Below are positions 1 through 9,657 of a stretch of DNA of 64,000 nt, in pieces. Position 1 is the first letter of the stretch. Each line of letters begins with the position of its first letter. Made by a program: the position numbers and the translations under genes. The stretch comes from an uncultured Bacillaceae bacterium (GTDB lineage Bacteria > Bacillota > Bacilli > Tepidibacillales > Tepidibacillaceae), in the NCBI GenBank assembly GCA_964514395.1, contig CAZEQK010000003.1:12344-76343 (forward strand), read 5' to 3'. The notes beneath the pieces are model-generated. The model was not told the DNA's origin, searched no databases, and worked only from the letters and a program-made list of their open reading frames with translations.

Positions 1-357
1 AATTGATGTAAGAAAAGTAATCCAAATAGAATCCTTTTTAGGTGGTTCAAATGTCAGATCCTTGACCTTTGCATCTGTTAACTTACTTAGAAAACCATCG
101 CTATATGGTGCATTTGTATAAAATTGTTTTTTATTGTTAGTACTATCAGTATATGTTCCTTCAATATGATAGGTTATACCATCAGGTCTTGCTGATATGT
201 CATATTCACTATATTTTCCGGCCATAAGCTGTTGTTGGAATTGCGTATAGGTTATTTGCTCTGGCGTGATGTTAGATTTTGTAAATAAACTAACGATACC
301 AACTGTTAGCAGAAAAATTAGTACATAAAACCCGGTATTTCTAACAAAACGATTCAT
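1..357 (-). CDS. ftsH: ATP-dependent zinc metalloprotease FtsH, N-terminal 119 codons (gene runs off the window start)
   Basis: Not in the ORF track because it is open at the edge. My minus-strand translation from the ATG at 355-357 gives MNRFVRNTGFYVLIFLLTV...SIWITFLTSI, which resembles the Bacillus FtsH N-terminus. GAGGAGG lies 6 nt upstream. It sits downstream of hpt, as in tilS-hprT-ftsH. Confidence 0.85.
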   Translation of the reverse strand, partial: MNRFVRNTGFYVLIFLLTVGIVSLFTKSNITPEQITYTQFQQQLMAGKYSEYDISARPDGITYHIEGTYTDSTNNKKQFYTNAPYSDGFLSKLTDAKVKDLTFEPPKKDSIWITFLTSI

Positions 358-424
358 CTCTTGCCTCCTCTCATGGCACTTTTATTATTGTATCATAAAT
401 GAAAAAAGTGTAACAATAGACATA

Positions 425-964
425 TTAACGAGAATACACTTCTGGTTTTAGAACTCCTACATATGGTAAATTACGATATTTTTCTCCATAATCAAGTCCA
501 TATCCTACAACAAATTCATCTGGAACGGTAAAACCACTATAATCAGGAGTCAGATTAACAGTTCTTCGATGAGGTTTGTCTAATAGAGTTACCACTTTTA
601 TAGAATTGGCATTTCTTCTGTTTAATAAATCGATTAAGTAGCTTAAAGTTAGGCCACTATCAATTATATCTTCTACAATAAGCAAATCCCTTCCCTCTAC
701 TGTGGCGTCTAAGTCCTTAATAATTCTAACTACTCCAGAAGACTCTGTAGAAGCTCCATAACTAGACACAGCCATAAAATCCATTTCTAATGGTACATTT
801 ATGTTTCGAACTAAGTCTGACATAAAAAGGATAGCACCCTTTAGTACACATACCAACAGAGGATTCTTATCCTTGTATTCTTTACTTATTATGGCGCCTA
901 ATTCTTTTGTTTTTGCTTCTATTTCTTCTTTTGATATTAATATTTCTTTGATGTCGGCTTCCAT
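425..964 (-). CDS. hpt: Hypoxanthine-guanine phosphoribosyltransferase
   Basis: The track ORF carries the PRPP-binding motif [14 protein letters not shown]. The track start at 970 is a TTG that directly abuts AGGAGG, so I prefer the ATG at 964 (6-nt spacing). Confidence 0.93.
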   Translation of the reverse strand: MEADIKEILISKEEIEAKTKELGAIISKEYKDKNPLLVCVLKGAILFMSDLVRNINVPLEMDFMAVSSYGASTESSGVVRIIKDLDATVEGRDLLIVEDIIDSGLTLSYLIDLLNRRNANSIKVVTLLDKPHRRTVNLTPDYSGFTVPDEFVVGYGLDYGEKYRNLPYVGVLKPEVYSR

Positions 965-1092
965 AATCAACCTCCTGTATAAGTATATAATTATGCTAAA
1001 TATAATATTTAAAAATTTATAAAAAGCTTTTAGCCTTTATAAATAATAATATTTAAAGCGAATAGTAAAATATCTCCATACAAATTTATTAT

Positions 1093-2481
1093 TTATAAAT
1101 CTTCTACGATTATGTATAGAAAAAGTTTCGTGGAATCAGAAATTAAACCATGTTTTGATCTCTTTATTCCAGGTATCCATATGATATCGCTATGATGTTC
1201 AATAATTGGAATAGCATCCCGCATTTCTTTTGAGATTTTTTTATCAATAAAGATATCCTTCACCTTCTTCGAACCATTTAGACCTTGAAGTTCAATTCGA
1301 TCGCCTTTTACTCTTGTACGAACGATTAATTCCTTTGTTATAAGCATATCATAGTCAAATACAGCCCATAAACCATCCTTCTCTTCATAGGTATTGCTAA
1401 CCATGGAATGGATTTTCTTTCGCGGACCATCTAATACTAATTCACCTGGAATAGATAATATATAGCTGAATGGTTCACAATATCTAAATTTTGTAGTAAA
1501 AACGATTTCTTCGTAGTTTCGAAATACTTTGACACCAGGTAAATCGATTGATTTTGATGGATGGTCTTGGTTGACCAAATAAAGAATGTCTTTTATATGC
1601 AAAAAAGTAAATTCGTCTTTTAAATTTAGATATCTTAATATTAGATGAATCACTCTTCTTTGTAAAGCAATGTCTAAGTTTTTCAATCGATAAATATCTA
1701 GTTTAAATTTATCTTCAAGGAAGCCACTGGAATTTTCCTCAAGGAAATCATTTGCTAGCTTTTCTAAAAAATGATTTTCATCTTGAATGACTTTACTTAA
1801 TTGATTTAGATGAGAGGTAATTTTAGGATTATATTTATTCAGAAATGGTATTACTTCTAATCTTATCTTATTTCTAAAATATTTTGTTGATAAGTTACTT
1901 TTATCAATAATATAGGGTATGTTATGTTCCAGACAATAATGCTCTACATCCTCTCTTTGGATGTCTAAAAGAGGTCGAATAATTTCAATTTCTCCTGTTT
2001 TACGCAGATAAGGAATTCCAGATAAACCGTGCATGCCTGTTCCTCTTATGATTCTCATTAAAATTGTTTCTGCTTGGTCATTGGCATGATGACCTAAAGC
2101 GATTGTAGTCGCATTCCATTTGTCAGCGATATTTTCGTAGAATTTATATCGAATCTCTCTTGCAGCTTCTTGAACACCTAGTCCTGTTTGTTTCATATAT
2201 GCTGGTACATCATACTCCTTCAATTCAAAAGAAATTTTTCTTTTTAAACACTCAGATTTAACAAAATTGGCATCTGCTTCTGCTTCTTTGCCTCGAAATT
2301 GATGATTTAAATGTGCTGCAATCAATTTATTTGGTACTAATTTAGATAAAATATCCAATAAAACCATGGAATCCGGGCCGCCAGAAACACCTACGATAAT
2401 AGGAGCGTTGTTTTTAATCATCTCATTCGTATCTATGGTATCTCTCACTTTTTTCATTATATTTTTGTTTTTATACTCCAT
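1093..2481 (-). CDS. tilS: tRNA(Ile)-lysidine synthase
   Basis: PP-loop motif VGVSGGPDSMVL, about 460 aa, immediately upstream of hpt as in Bacillus. Confidence 0.93.
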   Translation of the reverse strand: MEYKNKNIMKKVRDTIDTNEMIKNNAPIIVGVSGGPDSMVLLDILSKLVPNKLIAAHLNHQFRGKEAEADANFVKSECLKRKISFELKEYDVPAYMKQTGLGVQEAAREIRYKFYENIADKWNATTIALGHHANDQAETILMRIIRGTGMHGLSGIPYLRKTGEIEIIRPLLDIQREDVEHYCLEHNIPYIIDKSNLSTKYFRNKIRLEVIPFLNKYNPKITSHLNQLSKVIQDENHFLEKLANDFLEENSSGFLEDKFKLDIYRLKNLDIALQRRVIHLILRYLNLKDEFTFLHIKDILYLVNQDHPSKSIDLPGVKVFRNYEEIVFTTKFRYCEPFSYILSIPGELVLDGPRKKIHSMVSNTYEEKDGLWAVFDYDMLITKELIVRTRVKGDRIELQGLNGSKKVKDIFIDKKISKEMRDAIPIIEHHSDIIWIPGIKRSKHGLISDSTKLFLYIIVEDL

Positions 2482-2494
2482 AAGGTCAAATCTC

Positions 2495-3418
2495 CTAGCT
2501 TACAGTTGAGTATATGAAATAGATAAAAAGTGTAAGGAATACAAAAAGAGAAGCTGAAAATGACCAATCAATCCAGCGATGCTTTTTTACCTCTATCCTA
2601 TCTGCTCTTTTACTTTCCTTTACAATTACTTCAATAACCTCTGATGTGGTTTTTAATTCGCCAAAAAACACGCGTTTAAATATGGATGATAAAGGATTTA
2701 AAACATTAATACCACGTATTATACCATAAACATTATTTATACTACGAGTTTGATTATATATTTTTAAAAATCTATTTTTACCAATACCTATCTTCACAAA
2801 AACCATAACAATAGAGAACAAATCATAATGCTGATCTGCTTTCCGAGTTCCAACCTTCCAGCTACCACGATCGAAAATATCAGTATATTGTCTTACTCCT
2901 TCATTTATTCTTGTTAGTCCTCCATAATCTATAAATGATATCTGCTTTGTCTTTGGTTCGATTAGGATATGTTCAGGCTTTAAATCTCCAAATACCCAAC
3001 CATGATCATGGATAATAAATAATTTCTCGATTACTAATCTAAAAACCTGAAAATAATCAACAGCTTCCTTTCTACGAAGATACCTATCAATAGAAATGCC
3101 CCTTTGATAGCGCATCACATAGTATGTATAAAGAGTTCCCCCCCAAATGAAATCATCAATATCAAATAGATAAAAGCCGAGGGTAGGCCCCTGGGCTTTA
3201 TTCAATTGCTGTATTATTTGTATTTCATAGCTTAAATCCAATGAAGCAGGACTCAATTTTAACGCGTATAGGTTATTATTTGATTCAACTAAAAATACTT
3301 CCCCGTTCTCACCCGAACCAAGGAGTCTTTTTACTACATATTTTTTTTTGTTCCATTTTCCTATGATTTCTGTACCTGAAAATAGTGTATTTGCTTTATC
3401 ATTAAATAATAAACTCAT
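2495..3418 (-). CDS. yabT: Hanks-type Ser/Thr protein kinase with C-terminal TM anchor (YabT-like)
   Basis: Glycine loop LGSGENGEVF, ALK lysine, catalytic loop GDLKPEHIL and hydrophobic C-terminus FVFLTLFIYFIY. Position matches spoIIE-yabS-yabT-tilS. Confidence 0.85.
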   Translation of the reverse strand: MSLLFNDKANTLFSGTEIIGKWNKKKYVVKRLLGSGENGEVFLVESNNNLYALKLSPASLDLSYEIQIIQQLNKAQGPTLGFYLFDIDDFIWGGTLYTYYVMRYQRGISIDRYLRRKEAVDYFQVFRLVIEKLFIIHDHGWVFGDLKPEHILIEPKTKQISFIDYGGLTRINEGVRQYTDIFDRGSWKVGTRKADQHYDLFSIVMVFVKIGIGKNRFLKIYNQTRSINNVYGIIRGINVLNPLSSIFKRVFFGELKTTSEVIEVIVKESKRADRIEVKKHRWIDWSFSASLFVFLTLFIYFIYSTVS

Positions 3419-4124
3419 CTAAAACACCCATCTTAATCTTATTATTAATATGTGAAAAATATGAAACACATGATAATATCGCAGGACCTGTTGGTGTTTT
3501 CCCTCTTGGATTCATATGATGAATTAATGAATTTGCGTTTTTTATCTCATTTGTCCATGGAAGCTTGATATTGATAAAATCTATATGACCCGGAAAAGTA
3601 GCGATTGAAACATAACTCTTTCCTGATCTTGCCTGCAAGCTTAACTGGAAGTCTAAAATAGCTTCCTTTACCTTTTCTAGCTTTGGTAGCATACTTGAAC
3701 TTTGATCTATGAGTAATAGGATATTCAAATCACTATACTCTGCCATGTAGTCAACCACTTTGGCTATTTTTATCCTTTTCTCTGGATGAAGATGGGAATA
3801 ATCACCATCCCCTAAAATATCAAGTAATTGAGCATTTACCACTTGTTGAATCGTTTTATTCACCGCTTTTTTTGTTATAGTTTGTACCGTTTTTGCAATA
3901 TGCTCAATCGTAACGATCTGATGTAAACCTCCACCTGCTTTTGCTATATTTTCTATCTCAATCTCTCCTTGGTTACCGATTGGGCGTTTATTACTAATAC
4001 CAATCACATTTACAGTAATGTTTTTCTTAAAGGCCCTCTTTGCAGCTTCAATAGGAGATAGACCTTGATTTGAAAAACCATCAGTTATCAAGGTGATTTG
4101 GTTGAAAATTAATGGTTCGCCCAT
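3402..4124 (-). CDS. yabS: von Willebrand factor A-like protein (YabS-like)
   Basis: Two vWA-like halves. The 3' end overlaps the yabT start by 17 nt. Conserved position after spoIIE. Confidence 0.75.
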   Translation of the reverse strand: MGEPLIFNQITLITDGFSNQGLSPIEAAKRAFKKNITVNVIGISNKRPIGNQGEIEIENIAKAGGGLHQIVTIEHIAKTVQTITKKAVNKTIQQVVNAQLLDILGDGDYSHLHPEKRIKIAKVVDYMAEYSDLNILLLIDQSSSMLPKLEKVKEAILDFQLSLQARSGKSYVSIATFPGHIDFINIKLPWTNEIKNANSLIHHMNPRGKTPTGPAILSCVSYFSHINNKIKMGVLDEFII

Positions 4125-4193
4125 AATTTCTTCCCCCTTTCTAATACATTCATATCCACAAAAGGGGAAGGTTATACCACTTTTAATTTTTTA

Positions 4194-6683
4194 TCAATTT
4201 ATTAATGTATCCCTATCAATTTTTTGTAATCCAGGTACTTTTATTGTAGCCCATTCAGGGATATACTCCGTTATTTTTGATACAATAACAGTCATATCAT
4301 CCTTTATCTCACCCTGACCAAATCGAATTACTTTTTCTAATAATAGGTCTGCAAAAGCTTGAGGATCATCTGTTTGAATTTCCTTTATTAATCGCTTCAT
4401 CCAAATCTCTCTATTATGTGTATTTTGTGGTGTATCATATATTCCATCAGTAATCATCACTAGAATGTCATCAGGTATCAAATGATGCTCCTTTGAATCA
4501 ATGTCTATATCTTGAATGATACCAATTGGTAAGTTGTTTGCAGATACTACGATGATTTCATCCCCCCTTTTAATAAAGCTAGGCGTAGAACCTACCTTTA
4601 GAAATTTCGTAAAACCATTGTATAAATCAATAATCGCTAAATCTACAGTTGAAAAAATTTCCTCTTGTGATCTTAATAAGAGAACAGAATTAATTGTTTT
4701 TATTGATAATGTTTCATCAATTCCTGAGTGAAGCAATTGCTGTAATAATTCTAATGTTGCTTTACTCTCCTTTTGTGCCCTCTCCCCATTTCCCATCCCA
4801 TCACTTAAAGCTACAGCATATTTACCATTACTAATTTCAATGGTACTAAAGCTGTCTCCTGATAACCACTTTCCTCCTTTTGCAGCGCTTGCAAACCCTG
4901 TACTCACCTCGTAGGTCTTTGCCGATTTTAAACACATTTTACAGGTTCCATCATCGCTATATTTACATTGTTTGTCTTTCACAACTATATTTTCTCCAAT
5001 CACTTCAGAAATTAAAGGTGCAACGATTTTAGTGCATTCTTCTACTCCATGACAACTAGGTTGAATAACTTCGATTTCTACATTCCCTTCTTCTAAACTT
5101 AAAACATTCACTCTTCTTATAGACAATCCTAATTTTTCAAGTGATTGTTGAAGCTGTTGTTCTTGAATTCCTAATTCTTTACCTTCTTTTTGTATATCCT
5201 TTGCTAGATCCATCATAACCTGAGAAACACCATATAATTGATGAGATACTAATAGCCTGCTTTCCTCCAATTGATTTTTCCAGTATAGATGATCACCATA
5301 GCTTTTATAGATATCAGTGAGTTGAAAAGCTACTTGATCATATTTAACACAATAGTGAACCCAATCGCTCGGAATATCCTTTTTTGATATTTCTCCATTT
5401 ATTTCTATCTGCGTCATTAGTTCAGTCATTAAACGATAAGTCTTGAAAAACTCATCATTCCAACATTTATTTCGCTTCCAACAGGTTTTGCAATTCTCCT
5501 CTGCAACTTTATTCATAAAATGATCTAGTTGCTCACTCTGATCAATCATAGGTGAGGTTGAAATATCTTTAAAACTGATAGCTAATTGAGAAAACATATT
5601 AGAAAACTGTTCAATTTTTTTCGAGGTGATGTCTCTAATTTGTGATACATAATCCTGATAATGATGGTGATATTCATTCGTACCAGGTATAAATTTAGCA
5701 ATTTCCTTTATTAATGACTTAGGAGTTAGAATAAATAGAGCTATTGCTACTGATGATTCATAAAATGTTGTTAATATATCTATTTGGTTATCTAGATAAA
5801 TTGATAATATTGTCGTACCTAACAGTAAACCTGCTGCTACTCCTAACTTATTGGCTTGTTTCATTAGCCCAGCGAGCAAGCCTGAAAAGGCTAATAGACT
5901 CATTTGATAAATTGCATTTGAATTGGCCAGGCTTAAAACCAAACCAGTAACTACTCCAATTGATGCACCGATAGCCCCTCCACCTACCAAAGCAAAGAGA
6001 AGGATAAAATACCTTGAAAAAATATGCTCTAAAGAAAATCCACTGATACTCCATCCAATTGTTCCAGACATAACAGACGCTAATACAATGGTTAGCGCGA
6101 TTATTTCCTCTTGAGACAAAGTAAGCTGCTTTCTAAATACTAAAATTGGCATAGCTTGTACAAAGATTAGTGTTAATACAAAACCTAATGATGCTTCGAT
6201 TGTAACCATTAACCATGGATATAATTGATCTACGTGATGATATATGTGAAGGGTGATTTTGGGGATAAAAATAGAAACTGCAACAAGAAATGGGACATAG
6301 TTTAAGTCTGATTTGTTCTTTTTTACAAGATATCGTTGAAGAAAAAAGAAGAGCACCATTCCAAACAGAACTACAATCATTTGATTCGTCGTAGCCAAAT
6401 TCGTTCCAATTAATATTGCGAATGTTATGTAAAGGAGCTTGTCCTTTTTCAAATGATACATAACCGCAAAAAATGGGATAGCAAAAGGAGACAATTGATT
6501 CAAAATCATTGCTCTCCCTAATAGAAAGCCCATGATAATAAAAGGTACTTCCCATTTTTTAAATATTAGATAGTTTAGAAATGTTACTTTCTGTAGCATA
6601 CCTTCATATGCATGACCGAATATGGAACTAGCCGTTTCCGTTTCAATGGCCACTTTATTTCTTATACTCATTTTTTTTAACAT
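4194..6683 (-). CDS. spoIIE: Stage II sporulation protein E (membrane PP2C phosphatase)
   Basis: 829 aa. Multi-TM N-terminal third and C-terminal PP2C domain (ALSDGMGNGERA ... DDMTVIV). B. subtilis SpoIIE is 827 aa. Confidence 0.93.
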   Translation of the reverse strand: MLKKMSIRNKVAIETETASSIFGHAYEGMLQKVTFLNYLIFKKWEVPFIIMGFLLGRAMILNQLSPFAIPFFAVMYHLKKDKLLYITFAILIGTNLATTNQMIVVLFGMVLFFFLQRYLVKKNKSDLNYVPFLVAVSIFIPKITLHIYHHVDQLYPWLMVTIEASLGFVLTLIFVQAMPILVFRKQLTLSQEEIIALTIVLASVMSGTIGWSISGFSLEHIFSRYFILLFALVGGGAIGASIGVVTGLVLSLANSNAIYQMSLLAFSGLLAGLMKQANKLGVAAGLLLGTTILSIYLDNQIDILTTFYESSVAIALFILTPKSLIKEIAKFIPGTNEYHHHYQDYVSQIRDITSKKIEQFSNMFSQLAISFKDISTSPMIDQSEQLDHFMNKVAEENCKTCWKRNKCWNDEFFKTYRLMTELMTQIEINGEISKKDIPSDWVHYCVKYDQVAFQLTDIYKSYGDHLYWKNQLEESRLLVSHQLYGVSQVMMDLAKDIQKEGKELGIQEQQLQQSLEKLGLSIRRVNVLSLEEGNVEIEVIQPSCHGVEECTKIVAPLISEVIGENIVVKDKQCKYSDDGTCKMCLKSAKTYEVSTGFASAAKGGKWLSGDSFSTIEISNGKYAVALSDGMGNGERAQKESKATLELLQQLLHSGIDETLSIKTINSVLLLRSQEEIFSTVDLAIIDLYNGFTKFLKVGSTPSFIKRGDEIIVVSANNLPIGIIQDIDIDSKEHHLIPDDILVMITDGIYDTPQNTHNREIWMKRLIKEIQTDDPQAFADLLLEKVIRFGQGEIKDDMTVIVSKITEYIPEWATIKVPGLQKIDRDTLIN

Positions 6684-6727
6684 AATGACACCACCCGAAT
6701 TCTTCTTAATTCAAATTTGTGTCACTA

Positions 6728-6760
6728 ATTATAACCGTTATCTAAAGATATTTTTGTCAA
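6728..6760 (-). promoter_or_regulatory. spoIIE promoter: TTGACA, 21-nt spacer, TATAAT
   Basis: Minus strand reads TTGACA (6755-6760), a 21-nt spacer, then TATAAT (6728-6733). The over-long 21-bp spacer is the known hallmark of the Spo0A-activated B. subtilis spoIIE promoter. Confidence 0.6.
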
Positions 6761-6786
6761 AACTCGGAGGAGACATAAAAGAAATT

Positions 6787-6896
6787 TACGACAAAATCTT
6801 TATAATTGACATGGATTTATTAACATAAACACGATACAGAACATATGTTCTATAAGATATCTGTCGATAATAATAGAATGAAACCTCTATCCGACA
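6787..6896. promoter_or_regulatory. Cluster of Spo0A-box-like heptamers upstream of spoIIE
   Basis: TGTCGTA (complement of 6787-6793), TGTCGAT (plus strand 6862-6868) and TGTCGGA (complement of 6890-6896), compared with the 0A-box consensus TGTCGAA. Confidence 0.45.
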
Positions 6897-6965
6897 AAAC
6901 TTCCTAAAAAAATTTTTAAAAATTTAAACTTATTTCTCTTATTTCCATAATAAGGGATTCATAGA

Positions 6966-7883
6966 TTATTGCGTCTTCTTTTCATCCATAATAGAAGTGG
7001 TTTTACCAGATTTTGATAAAAAATTAATAAAATGATCAAATATATTCGAGTGAAATTTGTCTTTATGATATATGATATTTAGTGGTCTTTTAAAATCCAT
7101 TCCTTTCAAAAACACTCTTTTTATAACTCCTGCTTTGATTTCGTTCTCTACGGCAATTCTTGAAACAATTGCTATTCCCAAATTAGCTTGAACTGCTTTT
7201 TTAATTGCCTCCGTGCTATTTAATTCATATTTTATTTGATAAGGCAAGTTTTCCATTAACATTGCTTGCTCGAAAACACCCCTCGTACCACTGCCTTGTT
7301 CTCGAATGATGATGTTTTCCTGTTTGATATCCTTCGGTTCTATCATCTTTTTCCTTGACCAATGATGGTTATTACCACAAATTAAATAAAGTTCATCATC
7401 CACTAAATGTTGAACTATGATATTTTCGGAAAAAACCGGTCCCTCAACTAACCCAATATCTATTTTATTATTTAATATCATTTCTTGAATAACACTCGTA
7501 TTATCAATAACATATGGAATGTTTATGTCCCCATAAATTTGATTAAATTCACTAATTAAGGCTGGTAATAAATATATCCCAATTGTTGTACTTGCACCTA
7601 TTCTAATCTTCCCTTTTGTTAAATTTGCTATTTCATTTAGTTCCTTCTTCGTGTCCTCCACAAGACCTAAAATACGTTTGCTATTCATTAACAATATTTC
7701 ACCAGAGTAGGTTAAATTTAATTTGCGATTAATTCGATCAAATAATTTAACATTCAATTCGCTTTCAAGATCAATGATTGTTTGACTTACTGCTGGTTGT
7801 GTCATGTACATATTCCTAGCAGTTTCTGACATACTTCCACTTTCGCATACATTAACAAATATTTGTAGCTGTCTAAAGTTCAT
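6966..7883 (-). CDS. LysR-family transcriptional regulator
   Basis: N-terminal HTH (SMSETARNMYMTQPAVSQTIIDLE) with a LysR substrate-binding fold. Divergent from the YeiH-like gene. Confidence 0.9.
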   Translation of the reverse strand: MNFRQLQIFVNVCESGSMSETARNMYMTQPAVSQTIIDLESELNVKLFDRINRKLNLTYSGEILLMNSKRILGLVEDTKKELNEIANLTKGKIRIGASTTIGIYLLPALISEFNQIYGDINIPYVIDNTSVIQEMILNNKIDIGLVEGPVFSENIIVQHLVDDELYLICGNNHHWSRKKMIEPKDIKQENIIIREQGSGTRGVFEQAMLMENLPYQIKYELNSTEAIKKAVQANLGIAIVSRIAVENEIKAGVIKRVFLKGMDFKRPLNIIYHKDKFHSNIFDHFINFLSKSGKTTSIMDEKKTQ

Positions 7884-8012
7884 TTTCTTATTCTCCTTAT
7901 ATAAGTATTTGATTATGTTTTTTATAATTATATATTATTTTACTTATAAAATATAACATTCTAATATTAAACTGTAGACACAATAAAAGGGTGCAGAGAG
8001 GAACGTGAAAAA

Positions 8013-9014
8013 ATGGAACGAATAAAAAAATTATTTCCAGGTATGGTTTTTACAGCTCTATTAGCATTTATTTCTATTTTCATTCAAAACATAAATTTTA
8101 TAAAAAAATTGCATTTTAGCTCTCTTATTATTGCAATAATTTTAGGTTTATTATTAAAAAACATTTTTAAAATACCTGTATTATTTGATGAAGGTATACG
8201 ATTCTCCCTAAAAAGAATTCTAAGATTAGGTGTGATACTACTTGGTTTTAGATTAAGCTTTGCAGAAATCTCATTAATTGGCTGGAAAGGATTAATATTG
8301 GTATTGATTGTAACTCCAGCCACTATATTATTCGCAACTTGGTTAGGAAAAAAATTCGGTCTTGATAAAAATTTATCCTTATTAATCGGCTCTGGAACTG
8401 GTATATGTGGTGCGTCAGCCATTGCTGCTGTTGCACCTATCATCAATGGAGATGAAAAGGATTCCACATTTGCTATTGCTACCGTGACCATTTTTGGAAC
8501 GATAGCAATGTTCCTTTACCCAATTTTATTTAGGGTATTCCATCTTCCTAACTTGGTTTATGCTGTTTGGACAGGCTCCTCTATTCATGAAGTTGCTCAA
8601 GTAGTAGCCACTGGATTTGCAGCAGGGGATCAAGCTGGACAATTTGCAACACTAATTAAACTAACTAGAGTATTAATGGTAATCCCAATTTCAATTATTA
8701 TTGGTATTATAACCTTCAGAAAATCTGAAAAAGGGGTAGCAAGTAAAAAAATGGAAATGAGTAGTGTACCTTGGTTTGTTTTTGGTTTTTTAGCTATTTT
8801 TATCATTAATTCCTTACATGTGGTTCCAACTAGTACAACTCAAGGTTTTATAACTTTAGATAGCTTCCTTCTAACATGGGCAATGGCAGGAATGGGACTT
8901 GAAACGAGTTTAGAGAAAATGAAACAGGTAGGAATGAAAGCTTTTTATGTAGGATTGATAACATGGCTATTTATCGGCTCACTTGGGTTTGTGATGGCTG
9001 AATTACTATTCTAA
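8013..9014 (+). CDS. YeiH/UPF0324-family integral membrane protein
   Basis: About 10 TM segments and the family-typical GTGICGASAIAA motif. The divergent LysR partner mirrors the E. coli yeiE-yeiH pair. Confidence 0.8.
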   Translation: MERIKKLFPGMVFTALLAFISIFIQNINFIKKLHFSSLIIAIILGLLLKNIFKIPVLFDEGIRFSLKRILRLGVILLGFRLSFAEISLIGWKGLILVLIVTPATILFATWLGKKFGLDKNLSLLIGSGTGICGASAIAAVAPIINGDEKDSTFAIATVTIFGTIAMFLYPILFRVFHLPNLVYAVWTGSSIHEVAQVVATGFAAGDQAGQFATLIKLTRVLMVIPISIIIGIITFRKSEKGVASKKMEMSSVPWFVFGFLAIFIINSLHVVPTSTTQGFITLDSFLLTWAMAGMGLETSLEKMKQVGMKAFYVGLITWLFIGSLGFVMAELLF

Positions 9015-9067
9015 ATCGAAAACCACCTAATGTATAGAGTGACCTAATTAAATGGAACAAAGGAAAA

Positions 9068-9128
9068 AACACCCCCAAAGTCGTATTTTAGTTTAATGGC
9101 AAATTGGAGGTGTTTTTCTTTTTTTTTA
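9068..9128 (+). terminator. Intrinsic terminator after the YeiH-like gene
   Basis: aacaccccCaa (9068-9078) pairs with ttggAggtgtt (9104-9114) with one mismatch and a long loop, followed by a T-run. Confidence 0.55.
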
Positions 9129-9130
9129 TA

Positions 9131-9158
9131 AAATAAAAAACACGTTCAATACGTGTTT
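9131..9158 (-). terminator. Intrinsic terminator of the tRNA operon
   Basis: Minus strand reads AAACACG-TATTGAA-CGTGTTT followed by TTTATTTTAT. Confidence 0.75.
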
Positions 9159-9170
9159 AAGCGGATATAA

Positions 9171-9246
9171 TGGTGGACGATGACGGGTTCGAACCGCCGA
9201 CCCCCTGCTTGTAAGGCAGGTGCTCTCCCAGCTGAGCTAATCGTCC
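9171..9246 (-). tRNA. tRNA-Val (anticodon TAC)
   Basis: Reverse complement is GGACGATTAGCTCAGCTGGGAGAGC...CCTGC-CTTACAA-GCAGG...GGTTCGAACC...ATCGTCCACCA. Cloverleaf folds and CCA is encoded. Confidence 0.93.
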
Positions 9247-9251
9247 GAATA

Positions 9252-9326
9252 TGGTGACCCGTAGGGGACTCGAACCCCTGTTACCGCCGTGAAAGGGCGG
9301 TGTCTTAACCGCTTGACCAACGGGCC
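9252..9326 (-). tRNA. tRNA-Glu (anticodon TTC)
   Basis: Reverse complement is GGCCCGTTGGTCAAGCGGTTAAGACACCGCC-CTTTCAC-GGCGGT...GGTTCGAGTCC...GGGTCACCA, nearly identical to Bacillus tRNA-Glu. Confidence 0.93.
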
Positions 9327-9340
9327 ACTTATTTATTTTA

Positions 9341-9417
9341 TGGTAGCGGCGGAGGGAGTCGAACCCACGACCTCACGGGTATGAACCGTACGCTCTAGCC
9401 AGCTGAGCTACGCCGCC
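9341..9417 (-). tRNA. tRNA-Met, elongator type (anticodon CAT; the lysidine-modified tRNA-Ile2 alternative cannot be excluded by eye)
   Basis: Reverse complement is GGCGGCGTAGCTCAGCTGGCTAGAGCGTACGG-TTCATAC-CCGTG...GGTTCGACTCC...CCGCCGCTACCA. Confidence 0.88.
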
Positions 9418-9450
9418 ACGATTGAAAAAATTATGCAATATACCTTGGAA

Positions 9451-9657
9451 CTTCGATGTTTTATCGACGTAGTTCAAAAATCAATTAATTTTACCCTACG
9501 TTGTGCTCAGAATTTAATTGGTTGCACTCAAGAGCACTACAATCTCACTTTAAACTGATGTATATCAACGTAGGTAAAGTGATTTTAAAATTGGTTGCAC
9601 TCAAGAGCACTACAATTTTCTTCGAACATCGATGTGTATTCGACGTTGTGCTCAGAA
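9451..9657. repeat. Interleaved short repeats filling the tRNA-Met / tRNA-fMet spacer
   Basis: Perfect 28-mer aattggttgcactcaagagcactacaat at 9516-9543 and 9589-9616. Perfect 15-mer acgttgtgctcagaa at 9498-9512 and 9643-9657. Three degenerate copies of gatgtNtatcRacgt at 9455-9472, 9557-9573 and 9631-9648. Confidence 0.9.

Noticed and set aside
6133-6555. 140-aa same-strand, alternative-frame ORF within spoIIE
   Set aside because: It overlaps the conserved multi-TM region of SpoIIE, and its translation is cysteine- and serine-rich nonsense without a start context.
8084-8491. 135-aa antisense ORF inside the YeiH-like gene. Similar long antisense ORFs occur at 13806-14192, 26792-27178, 41633-41953 and 58736-59134.
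   Set aside because: Each lies fully inside a well-supported gene on the other strand. They have no RBS and a low-complexity composition typical of shadow frames.
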